This document shows, piece by piece, positions 1 through 12,264 of a stretch of DNA of 64,000 nt. This DNA is from Marsupella aquatica (lineage: Eukaryota > Plantae > Marchantiophyta): assembly GCA_973895155.1 (NCBI GenBank), contig OZ316893.1, forward strand, positions 18,790,857-18,854,856. Direction: 5' to 3'. The notes beneath the pieces are model-generated. The model ran no database searches, was not told where the DNA came from, and saw only the letters and a list, made by a program, of their open reading frames with translations. Positions within the stretch are counted from its first letter, which is position 1. Each line of letters opens with the position of its first letter. The translations under genes were made by a program, and so were the position numbers.

Positions 1-1595
1 AGAACATACAGAATTACAATATAATCACCTGTTTGGAAGTTACACTTGTCACCTCACTCCTTTGTTTCATGAACTCCTCTCTCACTTCTTGTGCTGATGG
101 TTCTTCACCTGTCAATTTCTTCTGCAGTCCACATCAACATACATATGAATGAAACCAAGTGTTGATTGTCAATGAAAATGTAATAATGGTAGCAAGATGA
201 TAAGTTTGAGGCTTACTATCAGGCATGTCACTGCCTTACCAATTGTTCTTTCACTGGAGCATAACTTCCTCTCCCAGCCTGTGAAAGGTGTTTCACTTTG
301 CCTCGAGCATTTGACATCAGTTCACTCTTGCTCTGTCCAGCCTCCGACATGAACCCTTTGATTAACCGTGTCCATTGATCCAGTTCCAATGATGGGGGTG
401 GTGGCATTCTCCTGTTAGAACCATTGTCTATCCACATCCTTTTCAACCTATGCCTCTCTTGTTTCAAAATCCTCATTGCATAATCTGATATGCAATCTTC
501 AACTGGGCCCTTACCATCATTACCAACATACTCCCACCGTTCAAGAATGTCCTTGCAGATAGCAGCCCAATCAGCTTTGTTCTGACTCCTAAACTCTGTA
601 ATGCTCAAATCTAACCAACGCAATACTTCTCCTCTTAGGTCAGAATGCCAACGGTTCTTACCATCACATGTGGGAGTTATCCAACCTTCGGAATTCACTT
701 CTACTTTACCAAATTTGTTACTGTCTCCTGCCTTGGTACTCCCTGAAGTGCTACTAGGTGTCCCTCCACGGCCTGGTGTCCCCCCACGGCCTGGGGTCCC
801 TCCACGGCCTGATCTCCCCCCACGGCCTGGATTGCATTGTCCAAACCTCCCTGGAGTCCCTGCACATTTACAGGATCCATTTACAGTCACTTACATTAGG
901 TAAGTATGAATCATAAATCCCGCTGCCAAATATACAGTGGACTTCAGAGCAATTCTGCAATGACCAAGTTACCTCTCCCTTGGCGCATAGATGGTTCTGG
1001 ACCACCTGTCCTATTGCTTTGTCTTGATGAATTAGGGGCGTTTCTCCCGCCTGTGAATGATTGCCTACTATCTGAACGTGGATGGCCTTTGTTGTTTTCG
1101 TGATTGTCCCAATCAGAGTCTGCATACCAACAGGTACATGCCACACTCATGGACCTGTAAGATAAACTCTTTGCCCTAGCTACACATCAGATAAGTGCAT
1201 ATTGAGCTAAATCTCTACTACCATCACAAAATCACTAGCACAAGGCACTTACTTGTCCAATCATCCTCCTCACCTTTCCATTGCCCTCTGTACCCGTCTC
1301 TACCACGCTCTGGGTGTTCATATTCATCCCATCCATCTTCTGCTCCATCATAGTCATCATCATAATTATCAGGCGTCCCTTGCCAATAACTCTGGCTCCT
1401 TCTAGGGTATGGATTATGTGATTTCTCTCTAGCTGCCCACCTACCTGGGACTTGATGAGGGCCCTGTGCATCTTGCACAGGTGCATTTTTCTGTGAGCCC
1501 CCTGCATTTGGGTCTCCATCCATATCCAATCTTTCCTCTTCACACCACTCTCCAAGCCCCATGTCTGTCTCCATGTCATCACCCTCTTCCCCCAT
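1..1595 (-). CDS. TnpA-like (Ptta/En/Spm, Transposase_24-like) CACTA protein, multi-exon, continues beyond the window start
   Basis: ORFs 1224-1595, 944-1150 and 228-890 with GT/AG boundaries. Motif RILKQERHRLK...PPPS..LDQWTRLI...KSELMSNAR...GRGSYA is typical of CACTA TnpA-type ORFs. Lies downstream of TnpD. Confidence 0.65.
760..830 (-). repeat. 18-bp coding tandem repeat (about 4x, GRGGTP/RGG)
   Basis: cctccacggcctggtgtc-like units in the TnpA-like ORF. Confidence 0.85.
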
Positions 1596-1772
1596 AGCTT
1601 CTGCACAGCACCCACAACCAAACAGGGAGAATCAGCACACTAAATTCAAAGTATCAATCAATTTCATGCATATCCAACTATCCTAAACATCATTCCAGGC
1701 AGCAATTCCCGTTCTGTGACTCTGTGCAGGTAGTCATCCTCAACCTCATACTTGCCAATCGCCAGTTGTTGC

Positions 1773-4700
1773 CTATTGCAAATCATCAACCTCATCATAT
1801 TCCATTTGCCCAGGTTCATCATATGTCTCTCTCAATGTTAAGGGGATGTAGTCAGTCCCTGCCCGAGTTGGAAGTACAATCTCATGACTAGGATGCTCGA
1901 ATGCAGCATGGTCATCCAAACTGAACTCTACTTTACTTCCATCCATCCGCCTGTTCCGTGCTTGGCTATGGCATACCACCCTCCAGCCATGTGACTCCTC
2001 CACATCTGCAAAGAAAGCCTGTTCAACTTGGCTAGGGAAAACAAAAGGCTCAGACCATTCTGGTACTCTGGACCTAAAATTGGCCAACAAGAACCCATCA
2101 TGATCACGCTTCATGGTGGCCCTTGGTCTCTGTCACTCTGATTTCACCCATGATCCCTTCATCAATATCACTGGGACACTTGTGTTACCATAATTCAACA
2201 CCCAAATGTTGGTCAACTCCCCCACGTAACCCATCTTCATCCACCCCCTCTGTTCTTCAGAGGTTCTCTGCTCAAACACAGAAATCAAACCACAATCATA
2301 TGATACACAATGGTCACCCTGCTCATCCCTCACTCGATAATGATTTCCATAAGCTCTCATCCGTTTGTAGGTCAGAATAGACAATCGTGGTGGCACAGAT
2401 AGAAGATACAAATCCTTCTCCATATCTGGGTGATGTCTACTATGCTCTCGAATTGTCACCCGAATCCACTGCTCGAACTGTGGGAAGGGATCCTGCTGCC
2501 CAGAGTGTGCAGCTTTTTGCATATCATATTCCCTGCAATATGAGGTACAGGCATAGTTAGGTCTAAACAACACATGACAACCTAAGATCACCCTTGGAAC
2601 AGACAAGAAGCATCACAACAAAGGCAAGTCAATTCAATCACTCACCTCCACCATGGTTGCATAGGCTCTGTGTTTGCCAGCACATATGAATGAGCCTTGT
2701 CTCAAATCGCAACAGGCAGCTGAACAGCACGTCCCACACCTTCAACAACCTCGCCACTCACTCCATCATCTTCACCAGATTTCCAAACTCTTGTCATAGC
2801 TTCACCAGACCCAGCCATGTACTCTGTTAGGAATCCCAACGTCTCATCCTTAATGTACCCCAATGCCATGGAAGCCTCTGGCCTGTAGTATGTTCTCACA
2901 TGACCTTTCAACAACTTCATGTATCGCTCCATAGGGTACATCCATCTGGTACTGACTGGCCCATACTGCCCTAGCTCTTCTACCACATGGATTAGGAGAT
3001 GAGTCATAACATCAAAGAAAGCAGGGGGGAAGTATATCTCCAAGTCACAGAGGACATAAGCAGCATCCTGCTTCAACTGCTCCAATCCTTGGGGATCCCA
3101 CACTTTCACACATATACGGCAAAATACATTGCACAGTCGAAGAATGACATTACGGACTGGTTTCTGCATGAGACCTCTGAGGCATAGGGGCAGAATGTGC
3201 TGCATCAACACATGGTAGTCATGTGTTTTCATACTGCCAAGTTTATTCTTTGTAATATGCTTCTTGAAGGCACCAGCATAGCCAGAGGGCACTTTCAGAC
3301 AGCTCAATCTATACAAGAATGTCTTCCATTCATCCTGTGTGCACACATAGGGAGCTTGGAACTTGAGAAGTACATTGGGATTGCTTGCATGGGGCTTCAA
3401 CCAAAGGTGAGGGCGAATCCCCTTCTGTTGCATATCAGCTCGAACTGCTCCTGTATCTTTCTCACCCGACAAGAACTTCAGCAAGCTCTCACAAATATTT
3501 TTCTCAATGTGCATGACGTCCACATTGTGTTTGCTGGGCTCGAATTCCTGCACTCCACAAAGCAAAGAATTCAACAACAGAAACACTAATTAACCACATA
3601 GGAGGATTGTAACCAACATCAATCCACCATTGCTCCAATCTAAAATTGCAATCATACAGGGGCTGGAGGCTAAGTACATTACCCTCCAGTACTCCAACTC
3701 CAAGTCCATCAAGGTCTGTCTTTTCACACCGTGTTTCACCACTGGATCCTTAGGTTCTCGATCAGTGGCACTTCTCTTGTCCCAATCAGCCTTCCTGGCT
3801 GCCCACCTCAGGACTTGCTCTCTGGTGACCCTCTGTGGTGGGCCACGAAGCTCTGTTTTGTTGTTGAAGTGTGCAATTTGAGACCGTGTGTGCCTGTAAG
3901 GATGATCAACAGGCAGATACCTTCTATGCCCCTGAAATTTCATACTGTGCAGGGCATGCGACCACTCACTTGTCACATTTTTCCCACATGGTGTGCACCC
4001 CACATAGCCCTTTGTCACTCGTCCAGATATGATGCCATGGCCTGGGTAATCTGCTATATCCAGCAAACAAATTGCATGCAGTCTAAAGGGGCTGGGTCGA
4101 AGAAGCCCCTTCAGAACATCATGGGTTAACACCCCTTCTATCCACAAAGTCTTCTACTCTTCCACTGCTGGAGCCAACATGATATCTATGAATTGCTCGG
4201 TCACAGAAGCTGGTCCAGGGATTAACAGCACCATCATGACAAAAAACCTCTTTGTAGTCATCCATGGGGGAAGGTTGTAATTTAGCAGCGTAACCGGCCA
4301 ACATGAATAACGGTTGTTTTTGTCTCCAAATGGGTTTACTCCATCCAGTGATAGACCAAATCGAAAGTTCCGCTTCTCTGCAGCAAACTGTGGCCACCTC
4401 TCATCAACAAATTTCCAATGGTTGGAATCTCCAATGTGACGCTGCAGGCCATCACTGCTCTTGTTATCAGGAGTCCATGTCATCAGCTTGGAAATGGCAG
4501 GGCATCTAAATAGACGTTGTAGTCTAGGAATGAGAGGAAAATGACGAAGAACCTTGGCAGGGTGTGTACATTTCCCTACATTCTTGTACCTGTGCTTACC
4601 ACAATGAGGGCATGTCAATTTATCTGCATGCTCTTTGCGAAAGAGAACACACCCATCAGGGCATGCGTCAATAGACACATAGTTCAGCCCAAGGTTAGAC

Positions 4701-5473
4701 ATCAATTTCCTAGCCTCGTACATATTTTTTGGAATTGAATTACCATCTGGTAACACATTTCGGCGCAGGAAGGTCAACAACTCTGTCACAAATATATTGG
4801 GAACATTGTGATTGCCACAGATGTTCAACAACAACACGACAAAACCCAGCTTGGAGCAGTTCGACCCCTCGTAGATAGGAATGCAAGCTTCTTTGATGTA
4901 TTTTGGGCCCCCAAACACCCACTCTCTCTCTGCTGCACCTTCCCCAATGTCAAAGTCAGGTTCAGCTTGGCCGTCGCCAATGTGTGGCTGCGGTTCATTG
5001 TCCTCTTCTGATTCCACTGTGTCGTAAAAAGCATCAAGGTCTTCAAAAATCTCTTGAACCATTCTTGGGACATCCATCCCACCGTCCTCAGTGACTGCCT
5101 CTACATCTCCATCTTGGTCATCCACGTTCTCATGTTGGACCCAAGGACCATCCTCTGCACAGTCTATGTCCTGCTCTACGTAGTCTCTACGCCTAGCTGT
5201 ATTAGAATCCACAAAGTCAGCTCTCCACTCTTCATCAGAGGAGTCTTCTTCTGCTGGTACATTCCAAACCCTCCACCGAGGGTGCCTTTCATGCCGCAGC
5301 AGGTGAAGGTACACAGTGTTCAAACTCAACGACTTGAATCCTTGGCACTGTGTGCATGGGCATCTCATCCTCCTACTCCTACCTTGGGCGGCCCGGGCTT
5401 GTTCACGCATCCACAATTTAGAATCATGATGCCTAATCCTAAATGGGTTGTGAAGAGGCAACCTTGGAGCCAT
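1773..5473 (-). pseudogene. tnpD: CACTA TnpD/TNP2 transposase (Transposase_21, DUF4218, DUF4216-type regions) with in-frame stops
   Basis: Motifs CPCTQC, IDACPDGC, LRHFPLIPRLQR, GLSLDGVNPF, YNLPPW, DYPG, DVMHIEKN, MKTHDYH, FFDVMTHL, RWMYPMER, EPFVFPSQVEQ. Introns near 3548-3682 and 2533-2644. Single nonsense codons at 4154, 2702 and 2133 keep the frame. Confidence 0.93.
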
Positions 5474-5826
5474 CACTATACACACGCACTCAGCACCCTG
5501 TCATTTTATTATGCAAGTGAAAAATACACTTCCTGTTAAGGATTTCACCCCCGACTGTACTTGCCAAAATACGTAACGTTCCAAAAAAACAAAAAAACAA
5601 AAACTATAGGTGCCTGAGTCATGTACCTATTCTCAAGTGAATGAGACAAAATTCCTAAATGTTTGAGGGTGTCAACTCCTCTGCTGTCCTCACATGTACT
5701 GCCTCTGCACGTACATCCATGACCATATCAGAGTCCAATCATGTATAGTCATAGACATAGGTGCCAGGTGCGAGACCGGTGTGAGATGTCCTCATCTTAC
5801 TACCACATCAAATACGGATACCAATC

Positions 5827-6369
5827 CTATTGTCGATGCCACTCAGCCCTGAGGTACTCAGGCATGTACATTAAGTCATCAAGGTCTAAACCCTGCTCAT
5901 GCCATGGTGGTCTTCGATCCGTGCCTACAAGCAGTGGCAGCAGTGCCCTCCATGGTGCACATGTTGCTACCAAGTCCCTCCACTGGGTACTAATTAGTCT
6001 ATATTTGCAGATATCTTGTGCGCCAGACACCACAAGAACCCTCGGCCAGACATGTGTAAGAACTATATCATCTGCCAAATCAGGCAACAAGGAACCACCT
6101 ACAGCATCGTGCTTGTCTAACTCATCTACTGAAAAGTAAATGTCCTCTTCCGACTGTGCATCCTCATTCACCACAGCATTCACAACACATCCAAGGTCTG
6201 CAGGCATTATCTTGGATGGAGCTACACTCTGTCTGGTTACCAATCCACACAAGTAAGCCCAAGCAGTAGCCATGCACGATGCAACCCGTAGGAGGACCCT
6301 ACATAGGGCCTGACGGTCTGGAAGAGGCAGCATACCCACCAAAGTCTTCAGCCAAACAGAGCCCAGCAA
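5827..6369 (-). CDS. CACTA cargo ORF with F-box-like motif
   Basis: LLPDLADDIVLTHVWPRV...CKYRLISTQWRDLV matches the F-box pattern LPD..ll..I..rL......r.VsK.W..lv. Confidence 0.5.
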   Translation of the reverse strand: MLGSVWLKTLVGMLPLPDRQALCRVLLRVASCMATAWAYLCGLVTRQSVAPSKIMPADLGCVVNAVVNEDAQSEEDIYFSVDELDKHDAVGGSLLPDLADDIVLTHVWPRVLVVSGAQDICKYRLISTQWRDLVATCAPWRALLPLLVGTDRRPPWHEQGLDLDDLMYMPEYLRAEWHRQ

Positions 6370-6509
6370 GTAGATTCACAGTCACACCCCACGCAGCAGG
6401 AAACAACAATCACTTCAACTGCGACCAACCATGACAAGATGAGTTAGTTCAAGGATCACATTTATTACAAAATTGTGATTTATACAAAAATATGAGGGAC
6501 TCCTACTCC

Positions 6510-7524
6510 TCACTCTCTCCCACCTTTGCTAAACATACATCTCCGCTGAATCTTGGAGGGCCAGGCCTCAAAAATATCAAAGTCCCAAGCATTCTGTCGC
6601 TTCCCTCTAGCTGCTGATTCCAGAAGCCAATCAGGGGAAAGCACCCAAAGATTGTTGTTCATGACAAAATCACGCACTGTTGTCTTAAAGAATTTGCTGC
6701 ATATTTTCATGTATGACAGACCTACAACATGAGTGGAGGTTTCTGTTAGACTCTCCTCCACTGTCCCACCTAGCTCAACAACTATAGACTTGTACAATCT
6801 GCACTTAGTCTCCCCAATTCCTTCTTCTGCAAATACCACACTGAACCCCTTCATAATGGTATTTCTCTCCTTGCCATGCTCATTCAATATAGCATCTGCA
6901 TGCATAGGATGGTGTCCTATGTTGACAACAGGTCCATATTGGACAGAAGCAAAGTTGGGTTTCTCTGCCGCTGCTTCATAGGCTTCCTTTTCAGCCAAAG
7001 CCTCTGCAGTGGCCTCCTCACTCTCCCACAACTCATATTGCTCAGTACTCTGTACACACCTATGTTTAACAGAATCGGTCAGCCAAGAGACTTCAACTAC
7101 TTTTAGACCTTGGTTGGTAATGGCAGAATCAATGAAGGACCATGACCAGTTGTTCATCACATCCAGCCATGTCCCCGCAACAACATGTGTAGTCTATGGA
7201 GTGATGTCCTTGACTTCAGTCCCATGGAACTCTGAGAATCGTTTTTGTACGATTGGCCAACTCACTTGGGTGAACCCATAGTGGCCAGGAATCAAAATGG
7301 CTTTGATTCCAGCCAACAGAGGCGGGTGGTCAACCTTTGTACGTTTCCTAGAGGCCATGTACACACGGGCCACCTAATCACTGCAGACCGGAAGATAATG
7401 CGTTCACCTGATAATCGGAGGGCCCTTAAAATGCTACGTTTATAACTTGGTCCAGTCCAGTCGTCTGGTGAGTCTCTGCTCCGATTCCAAACGGGAGAAA
7501 TATTGGGACAAACGTACTAGACAC
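6510..7524 (-). pseudogene. CACTA cargo: tandem BRCT-domain coding exon with nonsense codons
   Basis: Two BRCT-like units: LLAGIKAILI...DITP*TTHVVA...VVEVSWLTDSV and MKGFSVVF...ELGGTVEESLTETSTHVV...VLSPDWLLESA. Splice acceptor at 7525-7526. Confidence 0.7.
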
Positions 7525-7889
7525 CTGCAAGCATTGTGACGCCGCCGGTACGGCGGTTAATGAGTGATTCAGTCTAACTGCGCTCGGCACGCGCGTTAGG
7601 TGGGTCTTAGGCCGCTATTATTAGCATAACGACAGTATTTAGGTAATCATTAGGGGTAGGACATCATTAGGCAATAAGGGGGACTTCAGGTTCGGGCTGG
7701 CGGCGGGTCGCTATTCGCACACCCGGGTTATGAGCATGGAGGGGCCCCTCCCTCGGGTCCGTATAACGAACTTAAGGGAGCGGCCACTGACGCACGCTGA
7801 CTCAGACCGGCGGAGTGGCCGGTACACCACAAGCGTGAGCGGTTCAACCTATGGGCGTCGAGGAGACGTCGGGGATCGACAAGCCCTCA

Positions 7890-7903
7890 AAGTATAAAAG
7901 GGG
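7890..7903 (+). promoter_or_regulatory. TATA box (agTATAAAAgggg) upstream of the ORFs in the 4-kb insertion
   Basis: Canonical TATAAAA followed by a CT-rich leader and an ATG at 8001. Confidence 0.5.
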
Positions 7904-8000
7904 AGCCAACCCTTTGTAGTGCACCAGTCCATCAGTCCGCGCGCCAGCTTCGACCCCAGCTCTCTCGTTCTCTCTAGGTCGCCACTACTATCTCCTCTGA

Positions 8001-8321
8001 ATGTCGCACACGATCCTCTCCAGCTCGGCCATTCGATTCTGGACGCAGTTCCTATCTACCGGAAGGCACTTGGCCGATTCATTGAAACACGCCAACCCGC
8101 GCCGATACGAGATCGAACGCGAATACGAGAGAGCCATCCGCCTAGCAGGACGACACCACTATGTCCTTAACTTTGACTACCCGTCTCAGAGCGAGCTTTA
8201 CCGACCAGCTGAGGTATCTGGGTACTTCTTTGACGGAGACAAATATATCGGGTTCTGGGAAGCATTGCTTCGGCTTCCGGACGAGGTCTTCAATATCCCG
8301 GGTACAATCGACCTGCAGTGA
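8001..8321 (+). CDS. Small ORF (106 aa) inside the 4-kb insertion, unknown function
   Basis: ATG start downstream of the TATA box, protein-like composition, no recognisable domain. Confidence 0.4.
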   Translation: MSHTILSSSAIRFWTQFLSTGRHLADSLKHANPRRYEIEREYERAIRLAGRHHYVLNFDYPSQSELYRPAEVSGYFFDGDKYIGFWEALLRLPDEVFNIPGTIDLQ

Positions 8322-8444
8322 CATCACTTCGACCACATCCCTGCCCAGGTTCGGGCAGTCATTAACGGCGAGTCCAGTACCAACCGTTCGACAAGGGCGT
8401 CCGCACTCGCTTCGGAAAACTTCTACCAGCACCTACAGAGCTTC

Positions 8445-10636
8445 ATGGGAACTCGGCCATCAACCAACATGACCAACTCAGCCGGACCCGTACCCATACC
8501 CGTACCCGTGCCCATGCAACCTCAGCTTCAGCTTCAGCCTCAGCCGCAACCTAGCCAAACCCCACCACCTATCACCCAGCCAGCACAGGTACGCTCCGTC
8601 ATCAACGCTGTGGATCTTAGCGATGACGACGAGGCTACCCCACCCTTGACCAGGCGGCCCAGAGGAACAAGCGCTCGGGGGGCCGACACTATACCGTCCC
8701 CACCCCCTGCTCTGACCCCAGGAGCGGCCCCAGCAGACAACATGGTGACCGTGGCCGCCCCGGGCCCGTTACCAACCGCAGTGGCACTCCCCAGGCCCGA
8801 TCGGGAGGATGGGGAAGTATCACCTTCCCCGAGTCAGTCACGGGGAAAGAAGAGAAAGGAATCCGCCAGTGCATCCGGGTTACCGTTAGCCACGGTAGCC
8901 ATAGCCAAGGTAACGATGCATCGCATGGGGGAAAACGTTCACAGCAACATCCTCCATCCCAAGCATGCGGTGTACCTGAAGACTCAGGGATTTGAGCACC
9001 TCGCCTCTCTCCCCTGGAACACTTGCAGGTACTACGGGGAGGACATGACAGAATTCATCAAGAATTATGACGACGTACGACTCGGCTGCGGGGAAGGAAT
9101 ATGTCCCTCACAGAAGAACGGCTCAAGATGATCTTCGGGTTACCCGAAGGTGACCATCGAGTCGAATCACGGGCTCCCGGGGGCAAGGGGGCCAAGTACC
9201 AATCTTCAAGTTTTCCCTCAGAGGGATCAGTAGACAACGGGTTCGTGATGAGGACCTGCCTCATGCCCGAGATAGCTGAGCGGCTGGAGTTCCAGAGGTA
9301 CGCTCTCCACTTGATGGAACCCCGGGGGGAGATCTCCGCCGCCCAGGTCATCCAGGTCGAGAACTATCGACCTAGGAAGTGGGCGTCGTACTTCGCTAAG
9401 AAATTCCATGAAGAGATGGAGCGGCGAAGGAAGACGCTGTACATTGGCGGGAAGGCGTATTTCGCTAGCCACATTGAAATCATTCTTGAGTGGTATGCCC
9501 GGTTTGATCGACGAACCCTTCCCCGCATCAACGTTACAAAACTGGTCCCAGCTAGGTGGGTTTTTCCGGCATTGGAGAGACGACCCCAACCCGAGGCCCG
9601 AAGTCCAGTGGACACGCCAGCTTCACCCACCCCACCTCCACAAATAGCTGTAATCGTAACCGAGGAGGCGCCGGAGGGGTCGGTCGTCGCAACCGTTGAT
9701 GCGACCCAACTAGCCGGGCTAAGTACAGAAGTTGGTACGGCAGAGGTCTTACCCGAACCCGGGTCTCCCAAGGACCCGCCGGTGGCAATTCCGGAGAACC
9801 GGACATCACTGCAGGAGGATACTCCGGCCCCTTCCAACGTTATGTCCCCAGGGCTGGACGTCACTGCCCCGGCCCCTGCGCGTGTTGATGTCTGCCCGTG
9901 CCCAAATCCGGACAGGCACAACTTGGACCACCCGGAACTCTTCGTACAGGGTACGTTTCTGAACGGGCTTCTGGGAGATTTCTCTCATCAAATTGCCCGG
10001 GATACCGGGGAGTTCATGGCTCGGAAGGTAGCCTGTTTCTTCAATCAGGAGTTGGTTGCCGCCGTAAAGGCAGGGCGGGCCCAGTCGGAGGCCCTTCAGA
10101 GGATAGAGCGGTACCGGGTGGAGTCCGTGTACCTAAAGAACGAAGTGGCGGCTCAAGAGGCTGAGCTTATGCAACTACGACCCAAGGTTGCAGCCGCCGA
10201 TGAGTTGTTAGCAAAGGCGTACGCTCTTACCGCCCTAGCCGAACAGGCCAAAGCTGGGAACGAGGCCGAGATTACACGACTCCGGAACCAGATTGACAGT
10301 TTGAAGAAACAAGCTGTCACCTGGCAGAAAGACCTGGAGGAGGCCGAGGAGCGAGCCCAGCGGGACGCGATGGAGATAGCCACACTGCAGGCCGAGATGG
10401 CGCGGCTCCAAACCGAGGCCGAGAAGCAGGACCAGCTGGCGAGTAAACTGGCGAGCGACGCCCAGCAGCTGGAGGAGGCATGTTAGGAGGCAGCAGAGGA
10501 GACGGACGCGGCGAGGCGAGAGAACAAATCTCTGCTGGACCAGGTCCAGCTCCTCAAAGCGGACAATGACAGGCTTCGAAGACAGCGGGATGGCCGTTCC
10601 CATTCGGGCGGCTCTGGCAAGCGTGCCAGGCATTAG
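8445..10636 (+). pseudogene. Retrotransposon accessory protein: Pro-rich N-terminus, Transposase_32/Athila-ORF-like domain, C-terminal coiled coil; one frameshift and one premature stop
   Basis: ORFs 8445-9131 and 9101-10486 join by a frameshift near 9075 (MTEFIKNYD/TTRLRGRNMSLTEERLKMIFGLP, resembling EF..N...VRG......I...LGLP). The TAG at 10484 reads through in frame with continued coiled coil to a TAG at 10636. Confidence 0.6.
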
Positions 10637-11706
10637 CGGCGGAGTAGGAATAGATTAGGATTGGCTTAGTCAGGCTCTTGGGACAGGCACCTGCCTTAGG
10701 TACGGCAGCGCTGCCCTGTTGTCCAGCCTGCGTAGATTAGGATCTTCTAATAAAGACACAGCCGTTTTCCGGCCTGATTGTCAGCTTAGTTAGGACCTTG
10801 GTCAGCGAATCTTTGGCGGGAGGACGCCCCGTTCCTCGGCTCTTAGTATTTAGTGCACCCCTCGGTAGAGGCAGGGGGGGGGTTTTTAGTTTCAGAGTCG
10901 GACATCCGCGGGACATGCGGGGAGTCCCGACCTCTGGGAATGACAGAGTACCAAGGGGAGGGGGTAGGACTAAGCTTGTCGGGCGAGTGCGGAGCCGGGC
11001 TCCGTTGTAGTGTGCACCCTTGGCCTTGAACCTGTGCATTCCAGGGCTGTCGTGTCAACTAAGTGTACGCATATGTTCCCTTTGTAGTAAAAATCCTTTC
11101 CCATCATTTTTCCTTCGTGTAAATCGAGATTGTATGCATGTGTGCGCATATGTGTGTGGGTTTCTCGTATATGGGTGGCAGCGCCGGGCCGAACGCACTA
11201 CCCGAGACGTGCACAGGGTGCAGTCTGCGGGTAAGTGGTTGCGAGCACGGGTTGAGGACCTGTATCATCGAATCCGGATCGAAGGCGGACAGCACGAAGG
11301 CTTAGAAGCCCTTAAGCCGGGGTCGATCCTGCTATCGACTAAGGTACGTTCTGGCGGCGGAACACAAACCATACCTAGGAGGTGTCCGTATTTAGCAGTA
11401 TGCGCACTTAGCGCTAGTTTACGAGAATAAGGTGCATTACGTGCTTCCCTTCCTGCCCGAACCCTCAGATTTACGAGGGATGTGCCCGTCTAAGCTGAAG
11501 TCTGAGTTAAGGCCGAAGCCTACGACGTGACAAGCATGCACCTCATAGTTTGAATATGTGCCTTCACAATATTGAAGGTGACAAGTGCAATTGTTTTGTG
11601 ATGCCACATACAGATGTTGTAAATGGGCAGACATTCAATGACAATACAAAATGTTGGTACACTTTAAGGGAATTCTCGCAAATTAAATAGCCTTGTAACT
11701 TATATG

Positions 11707-11903
11707 TGTTGTAAACCCTAGTTTACCCCTTAACCATAGGGCGAGAACCCTTAACCATAGTATGAGAACTCCTAACCATAGGACCAGTATAAGGGCATTT
11801 GCCTACCATGTAACCAAGGGGATATATATATCCCCTCATCAATAGTAATGAATCTATCTTGTTGGAGTATCTTTGAGTGTTCCTTTAGTTGTCTATTACA
11901 ACA
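11707..11903 (+). repeat. 5' LTR of Copia A
   Basis: Direct repeat of 17383-17579. Confidence 0.97.
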
Positions 11904-11917
11904 CGTTATCAGCACGA
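11904..11917 (+). promoter_or_regulatory. Primer-binding site complementary to the tRNA-Ile anticodon arm (half-tRNA primer)
   Basis: CGTTATCAGCACGA directly after the LTR; reverse complement TCGTGCTGATAACG resembles the tRNA-Ile anticodon stem-loop. Confidence 0.75.
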
Positions 11918-12264
11918 GCCAGTCTCTAAAAATCATTTTTTTTCAAGCAGATGCAATCGAGTTTTACACGAGGAGAATGCTCGTAAAGTGGCATTTTTTT
12001 TTAGAAACTGCCATAACCGTTTTTTTTTCTTGGTCTCCATTCTTTTGCCTCAGAGTTGAATTTTTTTTACAAAACACGAAATTTCACATAGAGCATCAAT
12101 TCGGGACCAGCATATCGAGAGTCCAAAGGACTAATACTTTATTGGCATGATTGAAAGCTCCCTCAGCTCCATATACAAGCTTCCAACCGGTCAATTGTAC
12201 AATCGAGATACTTCACTCGATTCAATCTTCACCAAAGTTCTTAAATCAACTGACATCCCGAATA

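Larger units (their letters stand above)
7535..11532 (+). mobile_element. 3,998-bp TG...CA insertion with 5-bp TSD, probably a giant Gypsy solo LTR, containing ORFs
   Basis: Starts TGTGACG and ends CGTGACA (imperfect inverted termini). AGCAT is duplicated at 7530-7534 and 11533-11537. GC-rich relative to flanks; no gag/pol and no internal direct repeat seen. Confidence 0.8.
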
